55,530 bases of DNA from a virus. Lineage: Duplodnaviria; Heunggongvirae; Uroviricota; Caudoviricetes. Position 1 is the first letter of the stretch; every line of letters begins with the position of its first letter. Of this stretch, positions 1 to 12,573 are shown piece by piece. The position numbers and the translations under genes are program-made. The stretch is from the IMG/VR virus record IMGVR_UViG_2602041669_000011. One strand, 5' to 3'. The notes under the pieces are model-generated. The model ran no database searches. It was not told the DNA's origin and worked only from the letters and a program-made list of their open reading frames with translations.

Positions 1-543
1 GAACGCGGCGCAGCCCGCCACGCTAAAATGCTCGAAACCGATCAGGCATGGGCATTCTTTGAAAAACTGGAAGACAGCTACTTCCGACAAAAAGAACAGC
101 AACCGATCGCAATCCCCCAGACGCTTCCTGAAGCCCTACGCCTGGCTGCCGAACTGGCTGAACAAAAGCAACTTCTGGAACAGAAAGCCCACCAGCTAAA
201 TCAGCAGCTGGTGGCCGCCGCTCCTAAAGTCGATTTTGCCGACCGGGTATCAGTAGCTAAAGGGATCCTGATTGGGAATTTTGCAAAGGTTGTTGGACTT
301 AAGCAAAACGCGCTGTTTGTCTGGTTACGGGAGAACGGCATCCTGATAGCGTCCGGTGGACGTAAAAATGTGCCGTTCCAGCAGTACATCAACGCGGGGT
401 ATTTCACGGTGAAAGAAGTGGTGCTGGATGATGAAGATGGCTACCAGATACGGTTGACGCCTCAATTAACGGGTAAAGGCCAGCAGTGGTTGACGCGTAA
501 ACTGCTCGATGCTGGCTTGTTAAAACCGGTGGCGGCTGAATAA
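1..543 (+). CDS. KilAC-domain antirepressor-like protein, 5'-truncated by the window edge
   Basis: ORF is open in frame from nt 1 (ERGAARHAKMLETDQAWAFFEKLEDSYFRQ...); highly similar to the C-terminal half of the Ant ORF at 37322-38413 and related to the C-terminus of KilA at 38578-39378. Confidence 0.6.
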   Translation, partial: ERGAARHAKMLETDQAWAFFEKLEDSYFRQKEQQPIAIPQTLPEALRLAAELAEQKQLLEQKAHQLNQQLVAAAPKVDFADRVSVAKGILIGNFAKVVGLKQNALFVWLRENGILIASGGRKNVPFQQYINAGYFTVKEVVLDDEDGYQIRLTPQLTGKGQQWLTRKLLDAGLLKPVAAE

Positions 544-585
544 TGGAAGAATGCCCGGTTGATGCCGGGCAAAATGGCGGGAAGT

Positions 586-834
586 TTAATCAGCATTCAG
601 GAGCAATGCGTTATCTATGATGATCTGCTCCCATTCTTCGAATGCCCGGTCGCGGACGCCCTGGGGAACACTGTTAGTTTTGAAATCGACGACCGTCCGC
701 CATTTTCCGTCAGGACGGTACATGCGCAGAGCTTTACTTCCCCCTTCCCTGCGCACCTCAACGTTATGCTTATCAGCAAACTCTTGCAATGCTCGTAGCG
801 TCCCATGCTTTACTGTGTAGTATCGCTTCTTCAA
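586..834 (-). CDS. lxc: Small Lxc/Bof-like regulatory protein (82 aa)
   Basis: 82-aa ORF whose start overlaps the stop of the upstream ORF; sits downstream of darB as in P1; name from recollection of P1 gene order. Confidence 0.45.
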   Translation of the reverse strand: MKKRYYTVKHGTLRALQEFADKHNVEVRREGGSKALRMYRPDGKWRTVVDFKTNSVPQGVRDRAFEEWEQIIIDNALLLNAD

Positions 835-1271
835 GTTTTCTCTCCAGCCTGTGCCAAGGCTTCAACTTCCAAATCGTAAGACTCAAACTCATAGTCCTGG
901 TCGTCAACCTCTTCAGGCACTGGCAGTAAATGCCAGGCTGAGTATATCTGACCATTATCAAAACGCTCCTGGCTGTAGAGCGTCGCAGCTATGAGCGTCA
1001 GCGCCGGGCGGTCATAACGGTAAATTTTGCGAACGTCACGGTCAACGAGACGACCGAAATTACCATAACCGCGCTCCAGTAATAATTTTTTAATTTCCGG
1101 CCAGTATGGGCCATAGCTGCGGTACAGGCGGGGGTTTTTCAGTAATCGCCCGCGTAGCCCTGACAGGAAGAAATCAACGTATTCGTCTTCTGTCTTTCCT
1201 AACAACGCTGTACGGAGTACCGCCTCAAGATATGTTTTATTCGGTTTTATTGTATCAGATAGTGTGGCCAT
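831..1271 (-). CDS. ulx: Ulx-like protein (146 aa), co-oriented with darB
   Basis: 146-aa ORF directly downstream of darB on the same strand, 4-nt overlap with the next ORF; name by position and size only. Confidence 0.45.
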   Translation of the reverse strand: MATLSDTIKPNKTYLEAVLRTALLGKTEDEYVDFFLSGLRGRLLKNPRLYRSYGPYWPEIKKLLLERGYGNFGRLVDRDVRKIYRYDRPALTLIAATLYSQERFDNGQIYSAWHLLPVPEEVDDQDYEFESYDLEVEALAQAGEKT

Positions 1272-1304
1272 ATTATGCGACGCCCGGCGAACCGGGCGCT
1301 CCTG

Positions 1305-4300
1305 TTATGCGTATTGTTGGATGACGGCCAGAACGTCCGCCACGTTGTGTTTTGTCTCGATAATCCACCAGTTACCCGGGAAATCGCTGTTCTTCGCCTT
1401 CGCTGGCAGCCAGCGAGCGCCGAATTTCGCCTTGATTGCGTCTTTCGCACGGAAAAGAACGCCTTTCATGCCTGAGGCTTCCTGAAGCCCAAATACCTCG
1501 CCAGCGGCGAATTTTGGTGCGTACATCATCTTCAGGTCGGCGGTGGATACGCGATAATTCAGACCAAGAGACTGAGCTATGCTGGTGGCATCACCCTGTA
1601 TTGATGATAACTCTTCTTGTTTCTCGTTTCTGGCGGCAATCTCTTCCTCCGTGATGTTGCCAAGGGCCAGGTTTATCCGATCAGCGTCGGCCTGTTTCTC
1701 TTCATCGGTGCGCCCGGCAAGAACCGTGTTAATTCTCTGCAATATCTCCACATGATTCTTGCGCATGCTGAGCAATTCCGGCGTAACCTCGTTAAGATCC
1801 ACCAGCCCAAGGATGGCAAGGTCGGAAAACATTGATACCAGGTTGTAGGTCATGCGATAGCTGAGTTGACCATAGGCTGATGGCAACTGCACCGCATCCA
1901 TTTTATAGGCATCCATAAATTTAGAGCCGTCGTTTACGACATCCGCAATTGCCGGTGTGATTTTTCCTGTGGTGGCGGCCTCCCTGATTGCTGTTACCCA
2001 CGATTGAGTCAGCGCGGAAACTGCATGATTCAGATTGGCTTTGCGTTCTGCTGCAATGCGCGCGCTTGCAGCGTCCATTGACTGTTTGATCTCGTCTTTA
2101 TTGCTGTAAATGCCAATGGTGCCAAACTGTGCTGTGGTGATCTCATAATCTGACGCCCGGAACTCATTGGTACCGAAAATGGCATTGGTGACTTCAAGTT
2201 CAGAATCCCCGTTACGAGTAGCCCCCTGGCTTGTTTTTTCCGGCATTCTGGCGATCGCATCCGCTATTTTCTCCTGAATTGCTTCAGGGGATAGCGTATC
2301 TCCGTATGACGCGATTACATCGCCATAATTGGAGCCAAACAGTTCAACCAGGAATGTTTCTGCCGAACGGATCTGGCGGTTATTCCCTTCCGACATCATA
2401 CCAAGCACCCATTTTGCAATTGACGACTTCAGCGCGCCGTCACGGCGATCCGGGTAAACCGCATGCTTCAGTGGGTCCGTATAGGTACCAACAAAATCGA
2501 TGCTATAGCCTGACTCTGTAGTCTGAACGCCGTATGAGTCAGTGATTTTGATCATGCCGCGCTGCTGGAAACGGTAGAAATCGTCACAGGAAATGATGTC
2601 GTTAATCCCGGCGATGGAGACGCCACCACTGATTTTCTGCATAACAGCATCTTCATCGGGAGTTACATCAACCTGTTTATCCAGCGTCTTCACATCCCAG
2701 TTACCCGATTTGGTACCTTTGAAGGTAAAGATAATCTCCACGTCTGCGCGCTGGCTGTCGAAGTCCAGCGACTTAATGCGAACGATATCACCGGCACAAT
2801 CGTAGTATTGGCCTACACGCCATGAGCGATCGCCGATAACAAGGAACTCACTCGCATGGTTAACCAGGTCAGGATCAACATCCAGAATGCCTTTATTTAT
2901 TGCATCCTCCACCAGCGGGCGCAGGCGTTTGATATCCGTCGCGGCCTTCTGAGTACGGTTCAATAATTTCTCATAGCGGGAGATGGCTTGAGAGATATTA
3001 GCCTTGCGCTGAATGGCGCTTTTCAACGACGCGCGATACTGTGCTAACAACGTACGGTCTGTGTGATGGACGCTACCCCAGCGGGCTTTCCAGTCTGCGT
3101 TATCAGCTGCTTTGGCCATTACCGCCTGTTTGAATTTAGCTACCTCGGCGGTGGTCTTTTCAAGTTCCGCTTTGCTTCGCTCCAATTCAGCGGTAAGTAC
3201 CTCCACATCCTCACCAGCTGCGTGCTGCGCCTTGATGTAGTTCTGAAGGTCGATAGTAGCCTGTTCTTTCTGGCGAGCGCGTTTCGCAGCTTTCGCCTTA
3301 TCCATTTGAACCTGCATCATTACCAGACGTTCGCCGTCATCCTTCGCGGTATACATCTGCATTTCGATCATGTCATTGGCGTCGGCGTTCTCCATTTCTG
3401 ACTTATCTGAACGGAGGATATCGGAGATCCAGCCTGCTTTACGCTTCAGCGTCTTCAGTCGGTATTCATCGAAAGACCCCTTGCCGCAGTAGTAGTGAAC
3501 GCGAACGCTTGCACGGTTGGAGCCAACTCGTGCACCGCGACCGTTACGTTGTGCGATACTGGCTGGTGTCCACGGCAACGTCAGGTGGTGGATATCCGTC
3601 GTTCCTCGATGCAGGTTGATACCCACCTCTGCCTTTTTGTTGCAGATGATGATCGGAGTCCGGCCCTCCTGGAAGTCGGCAGCAATCTTTTCCAGCCCAC
3701 CCAGCGACATTTCATTTTGCTGCGCGATATAGGCGTCATACAGAGCCATTTGCTCGTTGTATTTCGCTATCTGTGCATCTGTTGGTTCATCCGGTAGCTC
3801 TTTCGGCGGTTTAACCGCTTTCAGTTTCTTACCGGTTTTACCTGCCTCGGCAACCGTCTGAGCATTCAGGATCCCCACCTTTGAAGGTTCAAGGTTAAGA
3901 GCATTGCAGATAATGCGCTTGAGCTTCTGGTGTTGCGTTTTTTCATCGGTGAAGATGATTTGCTTACCTTCCGGGAAAAACTCCTTCAGCGTGGCAATCA
4001 GCTTCGCGTATTTGGGCGTAACGGGGTGAGTTACGGTCTGTTCGTCAATGCCAAACTTGGCCAGGCGCTTATTCACTTCCTGCTCAAATGCTTCCGGTAC
4101 CTGCAACTGAATAAACTCGCCCTTATCTATCAGGGAGTATTGCGATTGCTGCGTGATCGAATCATCACTGTCGTCGTCTTCGCTGGTGGCTTGTTTAGGC
4201 AAACTGTCCGCCAGCTGCTGCACCGCATCGGCGTACTCCGGCAGGAAACGATAGGTGATCCTGCGATAGTACAGGTCCATGTCAGTACATACGCGGTCCA

Positions 4301-7300
4301 TATCCCTGATTATTGAGAAGATCGGACGGGCTTTCTCGTGCTCAATCACGCCGTCTTCATTGACCGAGGTCGTTACGCCATTGTTGGCTTTGGCTGCCGC
4401 TTCCGCCTGCTGACGCAATTCTTCATACGCCGCCAGTTGTTCTTCCGTAAGTGGTGCATCCTGCTGGTGTTCGTCCAGTTCCGGGATCTCCACGGTATCC
4501 TTAACGTCTTCCGCCGTTTTAAGCGTTGTCCAGCGATGGAATATGCCGCGCAGCGCATCAAGGTTTTCAAAGCCCACCAGCGCCATTTTTTCTTCAACTT
4601 CACCGCTGATTTTCTGTACCGTTTCCAGCCTGGTCTTGCCGAAGAATTTAACGAAGTCATCAGGACCGTAGATCCCCATCTTCTGCCAGTATTCCTTCGG
4701 CAGCACATGAGAAAGCATGTTGTATGCATCGATCGGGGTGTTAACGACTGGCGTTGCAGTCAGGAGAACCGGTCCGCGCCCACCATTCTTTTTCATCAGG
4801 TACGCGTTTTTAATTGCCATATCCCGCGCCGATTGCGCCACCGCGCTGGTGGGCAGATAGGCCAGTTGTGACGCTTCGCGACCATTTTTATAGCTATTGC
4901 GGTAGTTGTGACCTTCGTCAGCGATCACACTATCGAAGCCCATATCCTCAAAGTACGGATACTTCTCTGCTTTTTCGGTGCCGGTATCTGAATACTCCGA
5001 CAATACCCGGCGACGCGCGGCCTCTTTGCGGTGGGAGTCGGAGTCCATTGCGCTGGCTACGCGCCCGGCGGCAACGAAGTCATAAAGCATATCCTGTGCA
5101 TGCTCATCTACGGTGTCATCACGTAGCGGAATGCGGGCGTATTGTTCTTTGGTAAACACGACTGCACGGTAATTTGAGTGCGGGATCGCGTTCATCCGCG
5201 CCGTGATAGTGGCTTCATCTGCCAGTTTTAGGGCATCGCGCATAACTGGAGTGCCATCAGTACCAAGAACAGGTTTACCGTTCTCATCGAGCACCGGCAC
5301 CTGGCGAATCTGATCGCCATCCATCAGCACATCAAGACCGACGAACAGGTAGTTACTGAATGCCTCTTCACTCAGGAATTCTTTTGCTTCGTAATACCAG
5401 TTTTCCAGCACTGATTTAGGCACTACATACGCAGTACGGGTGGAGCGACCGTTCTCATAGTTGAACGCCTCAAGCGCCAGCGCGGTCGTAGTTTTACCCA
5501 GCCCGGTGCCGAAGCCCAGGATGCCGCGCCCATCTTCGGACAGTCGGCGCACTTCGCTATTCTGGTAATCAAATGGCTGGCGCTTACCGCTTAATCCCTT
5601 CAACCCAAGCGGATCGCCAGAGTGTTCATACGGGATATTGCTATTGAACACATCGTTGTATTTGGCAACCAGTTCATCGTAGCGATCGTGCGTCTTGATC
5701 CACTTATTGAACTGGTCCTCAAGCAGTGCCATCTGCTCGCGGTAGCCGTTCGCCGTCGCGCTATCTTTGCCACCGATACGCGCACCATTGAGATACTTTT
5801 CCAGCTGTGCCGGGAACCCGGTCGCGTTTTCACCTGATTTACGGTCCCACTCGTAGCGGATCTCGCCTGTTTCTTTATCCTTGCGCTGGACGACACCGTA
5901 TCGGTGCCCGACGAACAGGCCATCACCACCGTGATAGGTGTCAGAAACCATTTCGTCGCCTTCCAGCTGCACTGACTGCACATAGCGCAGATCCGGATAG
6001 CCGTTTTCCTGCAAAAACTCCAGAATGACGGAACGGTCGAACCAACGGCTATTGAGCTTAAACCGGATATTCTCTGCTGGCGTCTTGATGCGCTTCTCTT
6101 CGATCGCTGCCAGCTGATTAAGGACGTTGTTCTTTACTGGACCGTCGGGGAGCGTGGCGAGGAATTCCTGTTTTGGAGCCACTATCTCGTTAATGTCGCC
6201 GCTGGTGGCGCGGGCGAACGGAACAATCCCGCCATACGGTGAAACCGCAATACCAGGAGTGCTGGCCAATAAATTAAGCAACTCTTCATCACTGGCTGGC
6301 AATTCGCCGGTAAACGCAAGGCGGAAATCATCGAGCTGGATTGGATCGCGGGTAAGATCGCTATAGAGATAACGCAGGGTGTCCTGATAGCTGGTGGAGT
6401 CATAACTGGCGCTGGAATCATGCGTAACCAGCTTTCCTGTCAGCTCGTCAGAAATAGTGCCATCCAGCTTAATTGCACCACGGAAAGCAAACCAGGCGCG
6501 CGCACCGCTTCCCGATAATTTAGCTATCGGACCGCGACCAGGGTTACCAAAACGGTCAATCTCTGCCTGCAAACGGGATACCAGAGAAAGGCGCTGCTGT
6601 TCGATTTGTTCAGCACTATGCCCGGCGGCCTTCATATCCTGATATTCAATTAACATCCGGCCAATCATCGCCCCACGATACAAGCGTTCACGGTATTTTT
6701 CAGGCTGGCTGTTAATCCAGTCCACCAGCTGCACCATATCGTCGCTGATTGATGTGGTGTACTTATCGCGGACATTTGCCATCTGGGTAAATGTCATACC
6801 GAGACGGCCTTCTGTTGTAGTCAGGTTACGCTGAAGAGCCTCCCAGCTATCCGCGCCATAACTGGCAGCATCAATTTTAAGTTCCTTCCCGGCATCAGCT
6901 TCAATCCAGCGACCACCAGCATATTTTTGCCATACGCCATTAATCAGGCGCATTTCCCCTTCACCAACAACGTCTGCGGTCAGTGACGGTTCAGCCATAT
7001 CGAGCAAAGACCAGTCGATACGGCTTTCGAAACGATGAATCAGCTTCGCTTTAAGAGCCTGGTTATCAATCTGACCGTCGGCACGAACCTCAATACGCCC
7101 CTGGAAGCCCTTTTCCTGGGTGCCATGAACAAACCGGCGGCCATCCTTTTCAAACCACTTGCCAGAAATAAACGTTGGCCAAAGCACATTTGCCGATTCA
7201 AGAGTGCTTTCATCCACCAGGGGGATTTTCTCAGCCATCTCTGCCGGATGTTTGCGCATCAGCACCACATCAACGACTGTACTGGTCCCGTTTGCGTCAA

Positions 7301-8072
7301 AAGTACCGGTAGGCAAGCGGTGGGCACCAAGAAATTCAGCTTTCCGTGATAGGCGCAGGCGTAACCGCTTCATGTTTGAACCTGAAACAATGGACGGCGG
7401 CACAATCACGCACATGAATCCGCCTGGCTTTATCTTGTCCAGCATGCGGAGCATGAAGTAAGAACCCATGTCCGTTTCTTCTGCGTAAGGCTTATCGATG
7501 TTGCGTGTGTTATCACGACCGCCGAACGGAACGTTACCCACAACATGGTCGAATGAATCGTTAGGCGTGCTTATAGCCAGCTGTTCGAACGGGGAAATCT
7601 GTACGCTGTCTTCCGGGTGTAACAACTGGTTTATACGACCGGAAACACTGCTGATCTCAGTCGCGGTCATCACCGTACCAACCGGTTTTGTCTCATTAAA
7701 AACGCCGGTTCCCGCCGATGGTTCCAGAGTGTTACCTACGTCCGCGCCGTAGAGCTTCATGATCTCCCAGACACCTTCAGCGATCGGCTTTGGTGTGTAA
7801 TATTCGGAGACGGACCCGCCAATGCCGCCTTCACCGGTGTACCCAGCCAGGATCTGGCGCTGTTCATCTGTCAGTGTCGCGCCGTCCACCAGCGAATTAA
7901 GCAAATCTATCGCCTTCTGATTCGCCTCCCGGCGCAGTCGGTCATAGCTTTTGCCTTCCACCTTTTCCACGCCATATTTAATCGGCGCTTGGTGAGATGT
8001 TATTGCCCTAATGTATTTTAATATTTCGCTGACACTTGAACAGCGAAACACCCCCATAGATAGCTTGTTCAT
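1305..8072 (-). CDS. darB: DarB anti-restriction protein (2255 aa) with methyltransferase-like and DEAD/DEAH helicase regions
   Basis: Single 2255-aa ORF; Walker A (GFGTGLGKTT) and DEGH helicase motifs; N-terminal methyltransferase-like segment (GNVPFGG); size and position match P1 DarB. Confidence 0.85.
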   Translation of the reverse strand: MNKLSMGVFRCSSVSEILKYIRAITSHQAPIKYGVEKVEGKSYDRLRREANQKAIDLLNSLVDGATLTDEQRQILAGYTGEGGIGGSVSEYYTPKPIAEGVWEIMKLYGADVGNTLEPSAGTGVFNETKPVGTVMTATEISSVSGRINQLLHPEDSVQISPFEQLAISTPNDSFDHVVGNVPFGGRDNTRNIDKPYAEETDMGSYFMLRMLDKIKPGGFMCVIVPPSIVSGSNMKRLRLRLSRKAEFLGAHRLPTGTFDANGTSTVVDVVLMRKHPAEMAEKIPLVDESTLESANVLWPTFISGKWFEKDGRRFVHGTQEKGFQGRIEVRADGQIDNQALKAKLIHRFESRIDWSLLDMAEPSLTADVVGEGEMRLINGVWQKYAGGRWIEADAGKELKIDAASYGADSWEALQRNLTTTEGRLGMTFTQMANVRDKYTTSISDDMVQLVDWINSQPEKYRERLYRGAMIGRMLIEYQDMKAAGHSAEQIEQQRLSLVSRLQAEIDRFGNPGRGPIAKLSGSGARAWFAFRGAIKLDGTISDELTGKLVTHDSSASYDSTSYQDTLRYLYSDLTRDPIQLDDFRLAFTGELPASDEELLNLLASTPGIAVSPYGGIVPFARATSGDINEIVAPKQEFLATLPDGPVKNNVLNQLAAIEEKRIKTPAENIRFKLNSRWFDRSVILEFLQENGYPDLRYVQSVQLEGDEMVSDTYHGGDGLFVGHRYGVVQRKDKETGEIRYEWDRKSGENATGFPAQLEKYLNGARIGGKDSATANGYREQMALLEDQFNKWIKTHDRYDELVAKYNDVFNSNIPYEHSGDPLGLKGLSGKRQPFDYQNSEVRRLSEDGRGILGFGTGLGKTTTALALEAFNYENGRSTRTAYVVPKSVLENWYYEAKEFLSEEAFSNYLFVGLDVLMDGDQIRQVPVLDENGKPVLGTDGTPVMRDALKLADEATITARMNAIPHSNYRAVVFTKEQYARIPLRDDTVDEHAQDMLYDFVAAGRVASAMDSDSHRKEAARRRVLSEYSDTGTEKAEKYPYFEDMGFDSVIADEGHNYRNSYKNGREASQLAYLPTSAVAQSARDMAIKNAYLMKKNGGRGPVLLTATPVVNTPIDAYNMLSHVLPKEYWQKMGIYGPDDFVKFFGKTRLETVQKISGEVEEKMALVGFENLDALRGIFHRWTTLKTAEDVKDTVEIPELDEHQQDAPLTEEQLAAYEELRQQAEAAAKANNGVTTSVNEDGVIEHEKARPIFSIIRDMDRVCTDMDLYYRRITYRFLPEYADAVQQLADSLPKQATSEDDDSDDSITQQSQYSLIDKGEFIQLQVPEAFEQEVNKRLAKFGIDEQTVTHPVTPKYAKLIATLKEFFPEGKQIIFTDEKTQHQKLKRIICNALNLEPSKVGILNAQTVAEAGKTGKKLKAVKPPKELPDEPTDAQIAKYNEQMALYDAYIAQQNEMSLGGLEKIAADFQEGRTPIIICNKKAEVGINLHRGTTDIHHLTLPWTPASIAQRNGRGARVGSNRASVRVHYYCGKGSFDEYRLKTLKRKAGWISDILRSDKSEMENADANDMIEMQMYTAKDDGERLVMMQVQMDKAKAAKRARQKEQATIDLQNYIKAQHAAGEDVEVLTAELERSKAELEKTTAEVAKFKQAVMAKAADNADWKARWGSVHHTDRTLLAQYRASLKSAIQRKANISQAISRYEKLLNRTQKAATDIKRLRPLVEDAINKGILDVDPDLVNHASEFLVIGDRSWRVGQYYDCAGDIVRIKSLDFDSQRADVEIIFTFKGTKSGNWDVKTLDKQVDVTPDEDAVMQKISGGVSIAGINDIISCDDFYRFQQRGMIKITDSYGVQTTESGYSIDFVGTYTDPLKHAVYPDRRDGALKSSIAKWVLGMMSEGNNRQIRSAETFLVELFGSNYGDVIASYGDTLSPEAIQEKIADAIARMPEKTSQGATRNGDSELEVTNAIFGTNEFRASDYEITTAQFGTIGIYSNKDEIKQSMDAASARIAAERKANLNHAVSALTQSWVTAIREAATTGKITPAIADVVNDGSKFMDAYKMDAVQLPSAYGQLSYRMTYNLVSMFSDLAILGLVDLNEVTPELLSMRKNHVEILQRINTVLAGRTDEEKQADADRINLALGNITEEEIAARNEKQEELSSIQGDATSIAQSLGLNYRVSTADLKMMYAPKFAAGEVFGLQEASGMKGVLFRAKDAIKAKFGARWLPAKAKNSDFPGNWWIIETKHNVADVLAVIQQYA

Positions 8073-8138
8073 TGGTAATCCTTAACAAGTGACTAGTGTT
8101 AAATTCCGTTCAAACACGATGTGAATTATTCTAATTAA

Positions 8139-10869
<2,731 letters not shown>

Positions 10870-10882
10870 CCACCAAAAATAA

Positions 10883-10908
10883 CCCCGGCGGATGCCGGGG
10901 TTCTCGTT
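10883..10908 (+). terminator. Rho-independent terminator after pro
   Basis: ccccggc-ggat-gccgggg hairpin followed by ttctcgtt. Confidence 0.5.
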
Positions 10909-10913
10909 AACTA

Positions 10914-11168
10914 TTATCGCCTTCGCCTGCGTGCCATATATTTGCGCACCGCGCGGCGTGGACAATCTGAAGCGGTTTCTTTCTGCTGCATCAATCTTGC
11001 AGCCATGCTCAAAAATGTCAGGCACAGCCGAAGCCCAGCATACAATAGCGGTTCCAGTGGCCACGTCTCATTGAGCACATATACCGCCATGAAAATCGAG
11101 TCGAAAACTATCGCCGCCAGCGATAACTTCATTGTCGAAAGTCGGCGGAGCTGCCGGAGTTTATTCAT
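10914..11168 (-). CDS. Small membrane protein, translationally coupled to lyz (hypothetical)
   Basis: 84-aa ORF whose start overlaps the lyz stop; one hydrophobic segment (LSLAAIVFDSIFMAVYVL) and an Arg-rich C-terminus. Confidence 0.3.
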   Translation of the reverse strand: MNKLRQLRRLSTMKLSLAAIVFDSIFMAVYVLNETWPLEPLLYAGLRLCLTFLSMAARLMQQKETASDCPRRAVRKYMARRRRR

Positions 11169-11718
11169 TGACCAGCCCCGTCAGGCAAAGCTGGCGTTCT
11201 TTTTCACGGCGAATCTTTAAACCTCGCAGGGGCACGCCGTTACTGTTCACGAAATCAGGGAGATGGTTACACATATTCACCCACTCCCCTTTCTGCGCCC
11301 ACTTGTGGATGGACGTTTCTACTCGCATGCCTCGCGCTTTGCTGTAGTAGGTCCGTAAGCTATTGCATCCCATATTGAATGCCGCGCTTGTCATTGCACT
11401 GAAGGCATTATCGGGCATGTCTTTGCCCCGGAAGTGCTGATTAATACAGCGTTCAGCGATCAGGATATTCTTTTCCCAATCAGCGGCGATTTGCTGGTCG
11501 GTTTTTCGCACACCCGGCGTTACCCCGTGTGTATTACCAATCCCGTCAGTCCATACCCCCGCCGGGCACATGTATGGATCACGTCGGCAACCTTCAGCGT
11601 TACCAATCAGCTCAAGCCCCGCCTGGTTGGTTCGCACATTGCCATTACCCATCACGATGGTAATCATCACCGCGATAGCGCAAATTGCACCGCCTCCTGC
11701 GGCTGTTTTTCCCTTCAT
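11161..11718 (-). CDS. lyz: SAR endolysin (T4-lysozyme-like)
   Basis: Start at MKGKTAAGGGAICAIAVMITIVMG (glycine-rich signal-anchor-release segment) followed by a lysozyme-like domain; 185 aa. Confidence 0.85.
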   Translation of the reverse strand: MKGKTAAGGGAICAIAVMITIVMGNGNVRTNQAGLELIGNAEGCRRDPYMCPAGVWTDGIGNTHGVTPGVRKTDQQIAADWEKNILIAERCINQHFRGKDMPDNAFSAMTSAAFNMGCNSLRTYYSKARGMRVETSIHKWAQKGEWVNMCNHLPDFVNSNGVPLRGLKIRREKERQLCLTGLVNE

Positions 11719-11851
11719 AAAGACCTCATAAGCGAATTTTTTACGCTCCAGGACAAACACCCATTCACAGCCAATACCGACTGACTCGATCCCTTTAGAA
11801 GGCACAGGATAATGCAAATCACTTGTTAGCTACGTTTCAAAGATATACATT

Positions 11852-11868
11852 ATTGCTCTAATTAATTT
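11852..11868 (+). promoter_or_regulatory. C1 repressor operator-like box (ATTGCTCTAATTAATTT)
   Basis: 16/17 match to the P1 C1 operator consensus ATTGCTCTAATAAATTT as I recall it; about 20 bp upstream of ssb. Confidence 0.55.
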
Positions 11869-11887
11869 ATTTTATTAGGTAAGATAA

Positions 11888-12376
11888 GTGGCACAACGCG
11901 GTGTAAACAAAGTCATCCTGATTGGTACTCTGGGGCAAGACCCGGAGATCAGGTATATACCAAATGGCGGAGCGGTCGGAAGACTCAGCATCGCAACGAA
12001 TGAATCATGGCGCGACAAGCAAACGGGCCAACAGAAAGAGCAAACAGAATGGCATAAAGTCGTTTTGTTCGGAAAACTTGCTGAAATTGCGAGTGAGTAT
12101 TTACGAAAAGGTTCTCAGGTCTACATCGAAGGGAAACTTAAAACCCGTAAGTGGACAGATGACGCCGGTGTAGAACGTTACACGACGGAAATTATCGTCA
12201 GCCAGGGCGGCACCATGCAAATGATCGGCGCTCGCCGTGACGATTCACAGTCCTCAAATGGCTGGGGGCAATCAAACCAACCTCAAAACCACCAGCAATA
12301 CAGTGGTGGCGGTAAACCTCAGAGCAACGCCAATAACGAACCTCCAATGGACTTTGACGACGATATTCCGTTTTGA
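11888..12376 (+). CDS. ssb: Single-stranded DNA-binding protein
   Basis: GTG start; OB-fold SSB sequence with Gly/Gln-rich linker and acidic DFDDDIPF C-terminal tail. Confidence 0.95.
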   Translation: MAQRGVNKVILIGTLGQDPEIRYIPNGGAVGRLSIATNESWRDKQTGQQKEQTEWHKVVLFGKLAEIASEYLRKGSQVYIEGKLKTRKWTDDAGVERYTTEIIVSQGGTMQMIGARRDDSQSSNGWGQSNQPQNHQQYSGGGKPQSNANNEPPMDFDDDIPF

Positions 12377-12573
12377 ATGTGTAAAAAACGACTGAAAGAA
12401 AAGCGGTGGTCCAGACGCCGACAAAAGCACGAACTCGCAAACAAACGCCAAAGTTGGCAATGGCACGCGCTTTTCACGAAAAGAACACCCCGAGATATTG
12501 CGTTCGCTGGTGGGAAAACATTCCTGACCCACCTGAAGGCGCAATACATCAGGTTTTAAGCAGAGGAAAGACT

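Noticed and set aside
1617-7752. Numerous 60-180-aa ORFs on the plus strand inside darB
   Set aside because: They are shadow ORFs antisense to a 2255-aa gene with clear helicase motifs, and no RBS or start context supports them.
11434-11784. 116-aa plus-strand ORF
   Set aside because: Entirely antisense to the endolysin gene.
12406-12573. N-terminal extension of the DUF2829-like ORF (281-aa version)
   Set aside because: No RBS at 12406, whereas the ATG at 12574 has a GAGGAAAG Shine-Dalgarno; the extension is probably untranslated leader.
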